A stretch of 64,000 nucleotides of DNA from Octopus sinensis. Lineage: Eukaryota. Where the stretch lies: the NCBI RefSeq assembly GCF_006345805.1, contig NC_043010.1, forward strand, positions 42,408,001-42,472,000. The letters are read 5' to 3'. Each line of letters opens with the position of its first letter. Position 1 is the stretch's first letter. The position numbers and the translations under genes were made by a program. Under the pieces are notes generated by a model that was given only the letters and a program-made list of their open reading frames with translations, did not search any database and had not been told where the DNA came from. This document shows, one piece after another, positions 52,571 through 64,000 of this stretch.

Positions 52571-53649
52571 AGAGAGAGAGAGAGAGAGAGAGAAATAGAA
52601 AGAGAGTGAGAGACAGACAGACAGACAGACTGACAGACTCAAGTATAATTCTGACTTACACCGAATAGAGGAACCAATTTGAATCTAACATAGCAATCGT
52701 TGATTTGTCCAACTCATGTACTCTCTTTCTTTCCCTCCCTCCATTTCTCTCTTTCTCTCTCTCTTTTTCTCCCTTTCTCTCTCTTTCTCTCTCTCTCTCT
52801 CTCTGAGTCAAATTTCAAAACTATTTTGAAGAACACCAAAATACACATTGTTCTGCAGAATTATGTAATAGTCATACTATTTCAAAGCACAAGTTTTCGT
52901 TTGGTTTTCGTTTGTTTTTGTTGTTGAGTACAAATATTTCTTATATATAAACATTCTGTTTTAAACCAGCGATTACCTTCATGATTAGCTCAGTTTTTCG
53001 GTTAACAAAACCGTTCGGGAGAGTATTTCGGGCATATATTGCTGCTCGTCATGTCAATTCTTCAGGGACTGTTTGGGATTTCGTTGTTGCTATTGTTTTG
53101 CATTGAATGATTCTATATTTAGATTGTTTGTAGTCTTTGCATTTTGCCCCAGATAATTTGTAAAATATGCACCATTTTTCATTGCTCCTCTATTATGTCA
53201 TTTATACTTGTGTAATTATCTACACTGGCATACACACACACAGGGGATGGGTAAGAGGGCTGTGATGAGTTTTCCATCAGACTTTTTTCAGAAGCCACTT
53301 GCAACAAACAGTCCTAACAGACACGTCAAAAGCAATTAACAGATGCTTTGTATAACAATATTGAAACAAGGTAACGTCTGTTTTCTTGTGATGCATGTCA
53401 AATAGCGAAGAGAATTCCAGACGATTACAGAAACCAGATACACACTCCACACGATGTAAACAATTTACTGATCTCCACGCATGAAAATTATTTATTAAAC
53501 CAAAAATATAAATCTCAGCTTGTTTATTCTAAACCCCGATGCTGAAAAACCTTGCAATTATCTCTTTTTTACACATTTATCCCCATTTTTATGATTGATG
53601 CCATCATTTCTGAATAGATTATATTGTTGGTAGTAGTGGAGTGGAAAAT

Positions 53650-53835
53650 TGCTAGTTTGTTGGACAAAATGCTTGGCGGTATTTCTTTCGGTTCTTTAAC
53701 GTTCTCAGTTGCCCAGGTCGACTTGGCCTTTCACTCCTTTCGGGGTTGATTAAATAAATTGCAATCAAATACTGAGGTCGATGTAATCGATCAAAAACTT
53801 CAGGCCGTGTCCTTGTACCTGTAGTAGAAAAGATT
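53650..53835 (+). mobile_element. SINE family B, degenerate
   Basis: ggacaaaatgcttggcggtatttc...ggtcgacttggcctttcactcctttcggggttgat...gtcgatgtaatcga. Confidence 0.6.
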
Positions 53836-53865
53836 ATTATTATTATTATTATCATTATTATTATT

Positions 53866-53958
<93 letters not shown>

Positions 53959-53959
53959 T

Positions 53960-54450
53960 TTCTTTTCTGTTTATTGAAACAAAGCTCCGGTTTGTATGTC
54001 ATCTCTTGCAGTTCCTGATAATTAGAATATCGATTGAGAACTGAATCTTCGTTTCCCGGTTCTTTTTTCGGCACCCTTTCTTTCAATGGGTAGCAGCCCA
54101 CTTTTTCCCAAGTATCTGTACAGTTCACCGGCCAAAGCAACCGACATTAGTTTCTACATTAGTGGAAGGCATGTTATTCGTCTAAAGCTGGATGCAATAT
54201 TTTCCTTTTCAGGATCCTTGGAACATAACAATGAATTTCCCTTTGTCATCCAGCTGGGTACTGCGCCTTCCTGCAAGCACTCATCTAGCCTTTATTCTAT
54301 CCTTTCATGGAGTCCTCTCAGCTTCTTCATCCAATACCCTTGGACCTCATCCGGTCCTGGTTTCTTCCAATTTGGGTATTTTCTTAACAGCTTTTTTATC
54401 ATTTCTGTAGTTATCTTTATGTCTTCTTGGACTTCTATGTTTTTGAGAGG
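53960..54450 (-). mobile_element. R4/Dong-like RT fragment next to (ATT)n/(ATC)n
   Basis: NWKKPGPDEVQGYWMKKL...VPSWMTKG...RRITCLPLM*KL...LLPIERKGCRK. Confidence 0.8.
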
Positions 54451-54627
54451 AACGTCGACGAGTTAGAAGTAGCATAGCTAAGATATAGAAATTTATAAAC
54501 AAAGTTTTAAAAAGCTCTAGTAGTCTACCTATAGTCACCCCATCGTAGGAATTTATCTCTGGAAAACCACATCATAGTTAAGTTATATATGTCTATAAGC
54601 ATTATTAAATAATTATTGTTATTATTA

Positions 54628-54700
<73 letters not shown>

Positions 54701-54719
54701 CATTATTATTATAATTATA

Positions 54720-55134
<415 letters not shown>

Positions 55135-55199
55135 TACTATTGATTTGAGATGTACATGAAGCGTCTCTTTTCTTCAACAAAATTCTGTTCGTCTTCGAA

Positions 55200-55800
55200 A
55201 TGAATCACAAAAATGTCCATGGTATTTGAGACTACCTTGACAATGCGTGCAAATTCTAGTATTGCTATATTCTAGAAAATTTCTATATCAGTCAATTATA
55301 GTTAATCTGTATATGTTTTTAATGAAATTATTGTGTATCACACTAATTGTGCTAATTACAAACGGGATGAAAGACACATTCTCTGTTTGCCATAATGTTT
55401 TTAGTTTACCCGTTAGGCCGCTGTAACTCATTAGCTTTTGAAGCTCGCTTCTATGCAACATTGTAGTCATTTGCTATTGCTATGTCAATAATTAATACGC
55501 TGCTGTCATTTTTGTCGTAGAAAATGACGTCATGCTTATGCGCTAACTGGAGAATCGTATGCTATATTTTTTCATATCGCCATTTTCTTGAAACATCAGT
55601 TCTTGCTTTCTATAGAGGTTTAATGGCTTGCATGAAAGACAATGTTCTCATAACGAAGACCATTTCTCTTATGTACGAATAATTTCCAAAAAGTCCTTGG
55701 CATGGTAATTACTACCAGATGAGCATTTACTTGTTCAAACAACAAGAACTACTACTTCTTTAAATTCATGTGTTAGATGCTGGGTGCTATTCTGATATGT
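55200..55800 (-). mobile_element. Highly decayed R4-like RLE region
   Basis: HKHDVIFYDK..VLIIDIAI and TLWQTENVSFIPFVISTISVI fragments. Confidence 0.5.
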
Positions 55801-57231
55801 TATGGGTACAGCTCTTAACGTAATTCTGAAACTAGATTAGCTTGGCAGGATGTGACAAGGCTATCTCTTGCAATCGTAAAAAGGATAAGCACCAGGCCTA
55901 AAAGAGACATAATGTTACTGTTATTTAGCGCAATTATCATAAATAGTGAACTGACTTCCTTTTCTTAAGTGAAACATAGCATTTGTCTTGACCTTTGAAA
56001 CTCTAAATGTAACGAGATTTTGTTAAATGTCTTGAATTTCATTATATGAGTTTGTATAAGGTCTTCCTCGTATTGATTTAAGATATCTTTATTGTCGGTG
56101 TAGTTCTGACAAAGTTTTTCTCATAACCTTAATTCGTTTAGATTATATTATTTTCATGCTTAAACAGTATTTCAGTGCAAAATTACCAGCTTGGAGATAT
56201 TCATGTACTCCCTTCTTTAAAATCAGTTTTTATTTATTCAAGTTAAAGAGATGTCCTTAAAAGAAGTGTTATTAACATTGTTCTCTGTCTTGATTCCGGA
56301 AAATGTTATCAACCATTGCCTGCAATGAATCAATGAAGCTTTCCATTTGAAATTAAGCCAACTGAGTAAAATCCATTGTCTCAAGTGGAAATATTGTCAA
56401 ATAGGAAGAATGAGTAAAGTTTGTATTTAATTGCTAGTAATTACTGATTCTTGGCTCTCAAGTTGCTATGTGAAGGCAAATTAGTTAAAGTAAATGAATG
56501 TCTTGTCATTGTTTAATTAGCATGTTTTTGTTGTTTAGCCTTTGGTCAGGTCTAATCAACCAGATCTATGATGAAAGTCATTCCAATCATGACAATCTCA
56601 TTTAATGTATAACAAGGACCACGTGGAGCTGTGTGTTCTTGTTTCAGTAAACTGATTCTCCAGTTAGTGCATAAGCAAGACAGTAAGGTTTGATTTGTTG
56701 GAGATTTGGTTGAAAATTCTAGTAGATTAAGTGACCGTGCAGAGATCTCCTTATAGACACATTGTCAGTTTTTTTTCTCCGTTGTGTCTAAAACATACAC
56801 CATACAAACTAACACTTACGTATGCACACACATATTTACAAATTTATATGTTTAGGATGCACGTAATATTTTAATTAGTTATCAGTTGAGTAGAACGGAA
56901 CTCCAAGATGTTTTGGCTTTGGAGCGCCTAACAATCTAGAATGGTTCAAACTTGAACACAAGCAATAGCACAGAATGTATCTGTAAAGGGATGTCCAAGT
57001 GTTATGACCTGGATGTAGGCTTAGAGTATAAGGAGATAGACGCTGAAACCCTTGCTTAAGGAACTATTCTTCCCTGAACGCCTTCTGGTGTTCAGCTCTC
57101 TCTAGAATTTCTTATTATCCAAACGATAGCATCTATGTTAACTTGAAATTCTTGAAATATGTTCATAACTATCAATTCATATATTTTTATATATATTGTA
57201 TATAAAATGCTGATAAAATATACTGTTTTTT

Positions 57232-57252
57232 CGGGGCGGGGCGGGGCGGGGC
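57232..57252 (+). repeat. (GGGGC)4 run (GC boxes / potential G-quadruplex)
   Basis: ggggcggggcggggcggggc in AT-rich surroundings. Confidence 0.8.
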
Positions 57253-57848
57253 TTATGAAAAGTTGCTATTGAGATATTAACTGACGTTTTTTTTTTTTAC
57301 TTCATGGTGAAAGGCTTCAGCGGCCAACAAATTTCTTATGAATAGCCACAGTTCCATTATGAAGTAATCATCAAATCAAAAACCTCTACCATGCAGTCGA
57401 AATTAACGATTAACACCAGCGTATAATAGTATTCTAAATCAGGGATACAATCAAAGGAAGTTTATGTTATAGCTCTGATAAAATACCAGCAAAACCTCTG
57501 CATTATTAACCCTTACAAAAATAGGTGATACTTGTAGTGGTAAAAATAAAATACCGCTGATAAGAATATTTGCCGATATTCTAAAGAATAACTAGTAGAA
57601 ACCAGCTTTGGAGAAGAAAATAAATCTTTTCGGATAATGTAGCCTTCCCGTGAACCCTAGAGACTTAATTAGCAAACGTATAAAACGTCACAACGCACCA
57701 AAATTGATCTAAAGCCTACATTTAAAATCAATGATATCCACAGAAAATCGAAATGTAATTCAATATTCCTTACTCCGAAGACTATATTTATTACCTCCGA
57801 GCGAAAAACAAACTTTTTTAGCAAGAAACTTTGCTATCGATTATGCTT

Positions 57849-57990
57849 AGGCGCAGGCATAGCCGTTTACTTTAGAAGTTCGTTTCATAATCACATGATT
57901 TCGGATTCGATCACTACGCATTGCCTTGGACAACTGATTTTTAGCGTGGTCGACTTAAGCCATTTTATTGAAATTTGATAGATGGGAGCT
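57849..57990 (+). mobile_element. SINE family A head, very degenerate
   Basis: ggcgcaggcatagccg...tagaagttcgtttcataatcacatgatttcggattcga...ccttggacaa. Confidence 0.55.
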
Positions 57991-59919
57991 GTGAAGATAG
58001 ATTGTATCTGATGAGTAAGTTGAAGTTGTACGGGACCCTGTTGGATAGATTATGTACATCAGAAGCGGTTTTCTTTCTTCTTCTATACCAATCTCGATGG
58101 CTTTACAAAGACTTTCTCCACTGATTTTTAAAAAATGTTCGAGTTAAATGGATGTTAATATACGTAATGTAGTCCGCTAAAAATGTGTTAATGAAATACA
58201 ATTACCTCCGTAGCGAATAATAAAATTTGCTTTAAGAATTATTTGTGGTCAAGAAAGAGAAGATAGATAACTCTGAAATGCATCCTTTTCAGTTGTCACT
58301 TTAGTGACAACTAAAAAATAGTCTGAAATCTATCAAATTTCAATAATTTTTTTTTTTTTAATTAGTATCTGCTAAAATACAACATTGAAGTAAATATAAG
58401 ATTGTTTCACCTAAGGCTCCGGAGTAAGAAGAATGAACTGTAACTACCATGACATACTTAACACAGTCGATAACAGGTACCATATAACTAATGAAACATT
58501 TACATAAAACTACAGACCTACACTGGAAGAACCAAAAAAGTTACATTGTTGTTCATACTACATATCCCTCGAATTACACATCCTTGAAATTACACCTTAG
58601 CATCTTAAAGAATGTTGTCCGAGAGGAATAATGTCTGTGACAGGAAGATATGGTCATAGGTAGAATGCTTCTGGTAATAGGCTGCTCGATCAGAGCTAAC
58701 CTGGGGTTAAACAATAACAACGGTGCAACAAATCCTTGGAAATATTTAATAACTGAACGATTTTCATTAGTAAAAAATGTTTTTCCAAGGTGAAAAAAAA
58801 CTTCTTACCACATAAGTATCCGTCAGGTGGTTAAAAAACCCTCTTGGTAAATATTTAATTGAAGAACATGCTGTATATCTAAAACTCAAATATGTACGTT
58901 GTATAATTTCCTAGAAACAGATAACAGCTTATCTTAGGCAAATGATGGTTTCGTCGTTTTTCAGTTGATCATTCTTGTCTCAAAACTTTAAAAGGTATCT
59001 GTTCAAGGAGTGACTTATTACATAGCCCTTTTGTGAAGAAAAGCGTCGTTTGTTATGATTTTCCAACGGGTCAATTTCTTGTTCACTGCATTTATGGTAA
59101 CAAAACCCTGGCAAGATATTTTTTTATATAAACATAAACTCAAACTACTATCGATGATGAAAAACCTAATCAGCAGCATAATATGCCAGAGCATATCAAC
59201 AATTACATATGACAAAGAAGTATTTAACCAAACAGCATCGTTATGCTAACGATCCTCTAAAAGCAAATGGTCCAAAGAGAAGCTAAATGCGTACCAAGAC
59301 GCCACAAACAAGCAATATACATAAGACAAACAAAAGAGAAACGTTATCTAGGTTTAACTTACTATTTATCCTAAAAGTTGTAACAAATAAAGCACACAAC
59401 TTCCTAACATCAATTAACACGCAATTCCCAACTGAACATAGGTATAACAAACTCTTAAATATAAACAATACAAGGCTAGCTACAACTGCACGAAAAATGC
59501 ACAAAAAACACCATACAGTTAATAAATAAATCAGTGTATTTTACCTGACAGCTAAGTCTCGAGAATGTAGAAAAACAACACTAGTTGTGAAACAGTAGTA
59601 AGGAAGAAACACTCACACACGCATACACAAACACACACACACCGAAATAAGATTAAGGTTAATGTAAAAAAATAAATAAAGCTGAAGCAAATTAACACCA
59701 AATATATAGTGCGTGTGTTTTTATTGGCTAAACTGGCAAAATGACCATTCCTAAATACAACACACACACACACACACACATATTCTCAATCAATTTTGGG
59801 AGTTTGCAAAAACGGCAAGAAATTAATATATTAAAATGTTCATAGAAATTTTGTTTCTATTTATAACCAAAAAAAAGTAAATAGATAAATAAATAAGATG
59901 ACAAGAAAAGACTGATAAC

Positions 59920-60118
59920 TGTTTCAAATTTTAGTGGATGACCAGAAATTTCTTTAAGGATAATAAGAAAGTCGATTGCATCGACTGGTACTTATTTTAT
60001 CGATGCGAAAGGTTAAAAAGCAAACTTGAGAACGGCGGAGTTTGAATTGAGAACGAGAGACGAAACATCGCTAAGCGTGTTGTCCGTTGTGCTGGTGATT
60101 CCGCCGGTTCACCGCCTT
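59920..60118 (-). mobile_element. SINE family B, degenerate
   Basis: gtcgattgcatcgactggtacttattttatcga...ggcggagtttgaa...gattccgccggttcaccgcctt. Confidence 0.65.
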
Positions 60119-61030
60119 CTGAAATTCATGATAGTAATGGTTATAAAACAGTGATAAACAAATACATAATGAATGCACCCCCCACAGTACTTCACATACA
60201 ATCGACCCACAAAGCAGTTGTCGAGCTCGAATTATGGTTGTTATTGATGTCTAGTCTGTATGTGTGCGTATCTTTATGGCTTGTATAAACGTAAACTATA
60301 AATCCGTGGTGTTTCTGTGGATACACTATGAGATACATGATTCAGCATGTATTCCAAACCCACGATTTATTTAAAATCAATCAGTAGTCTCAACCAATAT
60401 TGTTATTTTATTACGTGCATCTGCTGAATACACCTGTATCTAAAAAAAACACACAAATACATCATTAGCTGACCAAGCTCTCAATTTTTATCTATGTGGG
60501 CGTTAGTTCAGCTATCATGAGAACTGCATGTAGATTTATTTCATACGTAGTTAGATTCACAGAATATTGTTTTAATGACAATTAAAAGGCTTTTTTCTTA
60601 GCTCGGCAAACGAATATCGATATAAGGCGAAGTAATGAAAACTAAAGAAGCATCTTTAGGAATTAAAATATAATGAAGAAAAGAAAGAGAGAAGAGATAA
60701 GGAATATGATAGTTAGAAGAGAAACCATTGAAGATTAGAATGAACGGTAGATAATGATACTGTAAAATGCTGTCAGTATAAATTTCTCATTTTCAGACAT
60801 TTTCCCTATTTCAACTGTGATTACTTGTGTCATTTTTTAAAATCTCAGCATTCAAGATTTAGTTATATTTCTGTGTTACAGAACAGCGACCTATTAGCAC
60901 CTCAGTTTTCTTATTCTCTTGTTATAATTTTTTTTTTATTTCGGTCATACTTAACGCTTTCTCGCCTCTTTTATTATTCTTGTGTTAACTGTGTTATATA
61001 TTTCCCTCTCTCTCACTTACTCGCTCACCT

Positions 61031-61111
<81 letters not shown>

Positions 61112-61211
61112 AAACTAGTATTTTTATGAAGTTCCTGCACACAAGAATGTGAAAGGCATTGACTGCAGGATTTTATTACTAGTTTTCGTTACTAGTTTTA
61201 CTACTATATAT

Positions 61212-61500
61212 GTGACCGTGACCGACCAGGCTATCAGATGTTGCTACACATCGCTGGTCACAATGCGCTTTACATAGTTTAAGGCTTCAAATGACGCCAC
61301 CCCGCCGGCTAAGCGAGCAGGCCAACAGAAGAAAGAGTGAGAGAAAGTTGTGGCGAAAGAGTACAGCAGGAATCGCCACCACCCCCTGCCGGAGCCTCGT
61401 GGAGCTTTAGGTGTTTTCGCTCAATAAACACTCACAACGCCCGGTCTGGGAATCGAAACCGCGAGTCCCCTGCCCTAACCACTGGGTCATTGCGCCTCCA

Positions 61501-61501
<1 letters not shown>
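61212..61501 (-). mobile_element. tRNA-derived SINE family C, tail type 3
   Basis: Head gtggaggcgcaatgacccagtggttagggcagg; tail ...aaagcgcattgtgaccagcgatgtgtagc...ggtcggtcacggtcac; TSD actatatat (61203-61211 and 61502-61510). Confidence 0.9.
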
Positions 61502-61559
<58 letters not shown>

Positions 61560-61645
61560 TGTATGTATATATGTATGTATATATGTATGTATATATGTAT
61601 GTATATATATGTATGTATGTATATATATATGTATGTATGTATATA

Positions 61646-61684
<39 letters not shown>

Positions 61685-61699
61685 TACATACATACAATA

Positions 61700-61892
61700 T
61701 TATAGTGAATTCAAGCAAAGAACAAACAAGAAAAACAATAACGCGATGACGTGGTACATGTACTATATTATCAGACGCTCAGGAAAGGAAGGAAAGAGGA
61801 TTTAACGTTTCGAGCCTTGCTCTTCTTCGCCTTCCGTCTTCCCGTCGAACGGAAGGGAAGACGAAGGAAGAAAATCGCCAACGATACACACG
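61700..61892 (-). mobile_element. Short Penelope-type terminal element with hammerhead remnant and internal inversion
   Basis: Minus strand cGAAGA-A-gagc(aag)gctc-GAAAC-GTT-A...ttcctgagcgtc; upstream hairpin ccttcgtcttccc/gggaagacggaagg. Confidence 0.65.
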
Positions 61893-61894
61893 TG

Positions 61895-61939
<45 letters not shown>

Positions 61940-61989
61940 TATATGGACAAATGAAAGAAAAAAGCACTCAATACATTAGAGTGCTATTT

Positions 61990-62417
61990 AAAACATTTTC
62001 ATTCGGCTCCATGCGACTTAAAGCTTTGTAGTGTTTTACAGAAACCTGCCTCGTTCAAGCTCAGGTAACCGAATGGAGAGGCACAGGAAGTCCAATAACT
62101 CACCCACATCCGCATATTCATACATCTGGTATAACCACACACACCTGTCTTGCTTCTGTCGACTCCCAGACTCTTAGACGCCACCAGCTTCCTGTACAGC
62201 CACGCGGTCCTACGTATAACGGAAGTGTTGTCGTTGTATTGTCAATCTTACTCTGACAACACCATGTCACTCGCCTTGACCAATAGCAGCCAATTTTCCA
62301 GTTGCCATTTTGGACCCTCTACGCCTCTCCATTCAGTATTCTGAGCCTAAACGAGCCAGGTTCCTGTAAGAAGTCTACGAAATTTTTAGTCGCATGAAGC
62401 TGGATCAAACTGTTTTA

Positions 62418-62479
<62 letters not shown>

Positions 62480-62480
62480 G
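61990..62480 (+). mobile_element. LINE 3' end with (AAT)n tail, possibly I/Nimb-like
   Basis: LTHIRI...THT-like remnant, block shared with 51978, long (aat)n tail. Confidence 0.5.
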
Positions 62481-63337
62481 TTTCTGTGTGTGTGCGTAAA
62501 GTACAATATGGATCTAGTGCAATATAAAATAATAAAACATATAAATCCAATTGTAGAATTTAATCAGCAACAATAGTTGAAGTTATAAATACTTTTAATA
62601 ACTCCACCTCTACAGAGAGGAAATAAAGGCAGGGAGGACAATTGATACTGATGCGATAATTTTGAAATGAAAACCAATTCTAAAAATTCTAAATATTAAA
62701 ATTAAGTCATTAGTGTTATATTATTAATATTAATATTATAAGTACTTATATTAAATACGTTTGAACAATGTCTGCATTCAATGAGACAAGAAATTTTTTT
62801 TGTTTATACTAAAATGAAGTTAGTGTTTGACACGTTTAGGAACAAATCTACATATAATATTTATTCGTTTGTTCAAATCTAAATATGAAAATGTCGTACT
62901 GCGATAATGATTCAGTGTTAATAAAAAATATATAATTCTGGTAAATGAAAGTTATATTTCTTGCCTTGTCTGTTCATAAGGGAAAATCTATGAACATTCG
63001 GTCTGCTTTAGACTACGGTTATATTCTTTCAGTATGAGGAGGAGAGGAAGAGCATGTATCGAAACGAACTACTGTATGAGATTGAGTACTTATTGAAATG
63101 CCGATATATATATATAAGGATGAGATCGTTTAAATTTAAATTTAAATTTATTTCGTCACTGTATTTACTGCGGCGATATTTTGACCATATCTCACATGGA
63201 ATTAAGCGGCGGGCGTTTTGAACTGGCCATGATGCATACGTGCATATATATGTAGGTATACGTTCGTATATGTAAGTATTCGTATGTTGTATTTATATAT
63301 ATATATGTGTGTGTATTTATGTTTATCTTCTGAGTGT

Positions 63338-63395
63338 ATTCTACTGACGAGGCAAAGCATTCATAAATGCAAATTCAGAAATCCGGATCTAGAAT
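63338..63395 (+). ncRNA. Type I hammerhead-like motif with palindromic stem III; tail runs to (TA)n at about 63540
   Basis: attcta-CTGACGA-...gcatt(cata)aatgc...-GAAA-tccgga-TC-tagaat. Confidence 0.65.
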
Positions 63396-63534
63396 TATCC
63401 AGTAATTTTTTACTAGTTTCATCTTGTCCCTTTGTTTTCTCTCCGTGTTGATATATGGACAATTAAGGTGGTTTTAGAGTCGGATCATGGCTGCTATTTT
63501 CAGCACGGTGGTATCTCGTAGATACCCTAATTTA

Positions 63535-63588
<54 letters not shown>

Positions 63589-63617
63589 TAGATAGATAGA
63601 TAGATACATACATACAT

Positions 63618-63698
<81 letters not shown>

Positions 63699-64000
63699 CA
63701 TGTATCGCTGGCGGGATATAGTTATAGGCATGCACTGTTATTATATGATTAAGTATGATTTAGACCAGAGTTGAGGTGAAGATAATGTTGGGTATTAGGA
63801 TGTTGATTGAAGGTTAAATAATGGATAATAGCAAAGTGTTACTAACGTCTGCATAATTGGTCGCAACGAAATCACTGATAGGATATACCAAGGGAAATTA
63901 TGTGTAAGTAGTTTGAATGCCTAGAAAAAGTATAAGATTAAGAGTTGTTTGGGAATATTAAATGGAATAGCGCAAAAAAATATAAAAGTGTTACAGAGAT

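Overview
AT-rich, microsatellite-dense animal genomic DNA. The SINE and LINE repertoire suggests an octopus or other coleoid cephalopod, which is my inference from recalled repeat families. The window looks intronic or intergenic. I find no intact host protein-coding gene, and almost all ORFs in the track are simple-repeat artefacts. The recognisable coding remnants are decayed retroelements: three kinds of Penelope-like element (RT plus GIY-YIG), RTE-clade LINEs (one with three C2H2 fingers), CR1-like LINEs and R4/Dong-like LINEs. There are also three SINE families and a TIR MITE family with 8-bp TSDs and internal TTAGGG repeats. Four signals stand out. (1) About ten hammerhead-ribozyme-like motifs sit in short Penelope-type terminal fragments embedded in (TA)n arrays, several folded back at or near the ribozyme core. 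(2) A TSD-flanked, roughly 380-bp non-coding retroposon starts exactly at an HDV-like ribozyme fold. (3) One tRNA-like SINE head is joined to three different tails. (4) A roughly 530-bp segment that is single-copy in this window (3637-4164) folds into G-U-rich hairpins on the + strand only. All structures were read by eye and none was computed.
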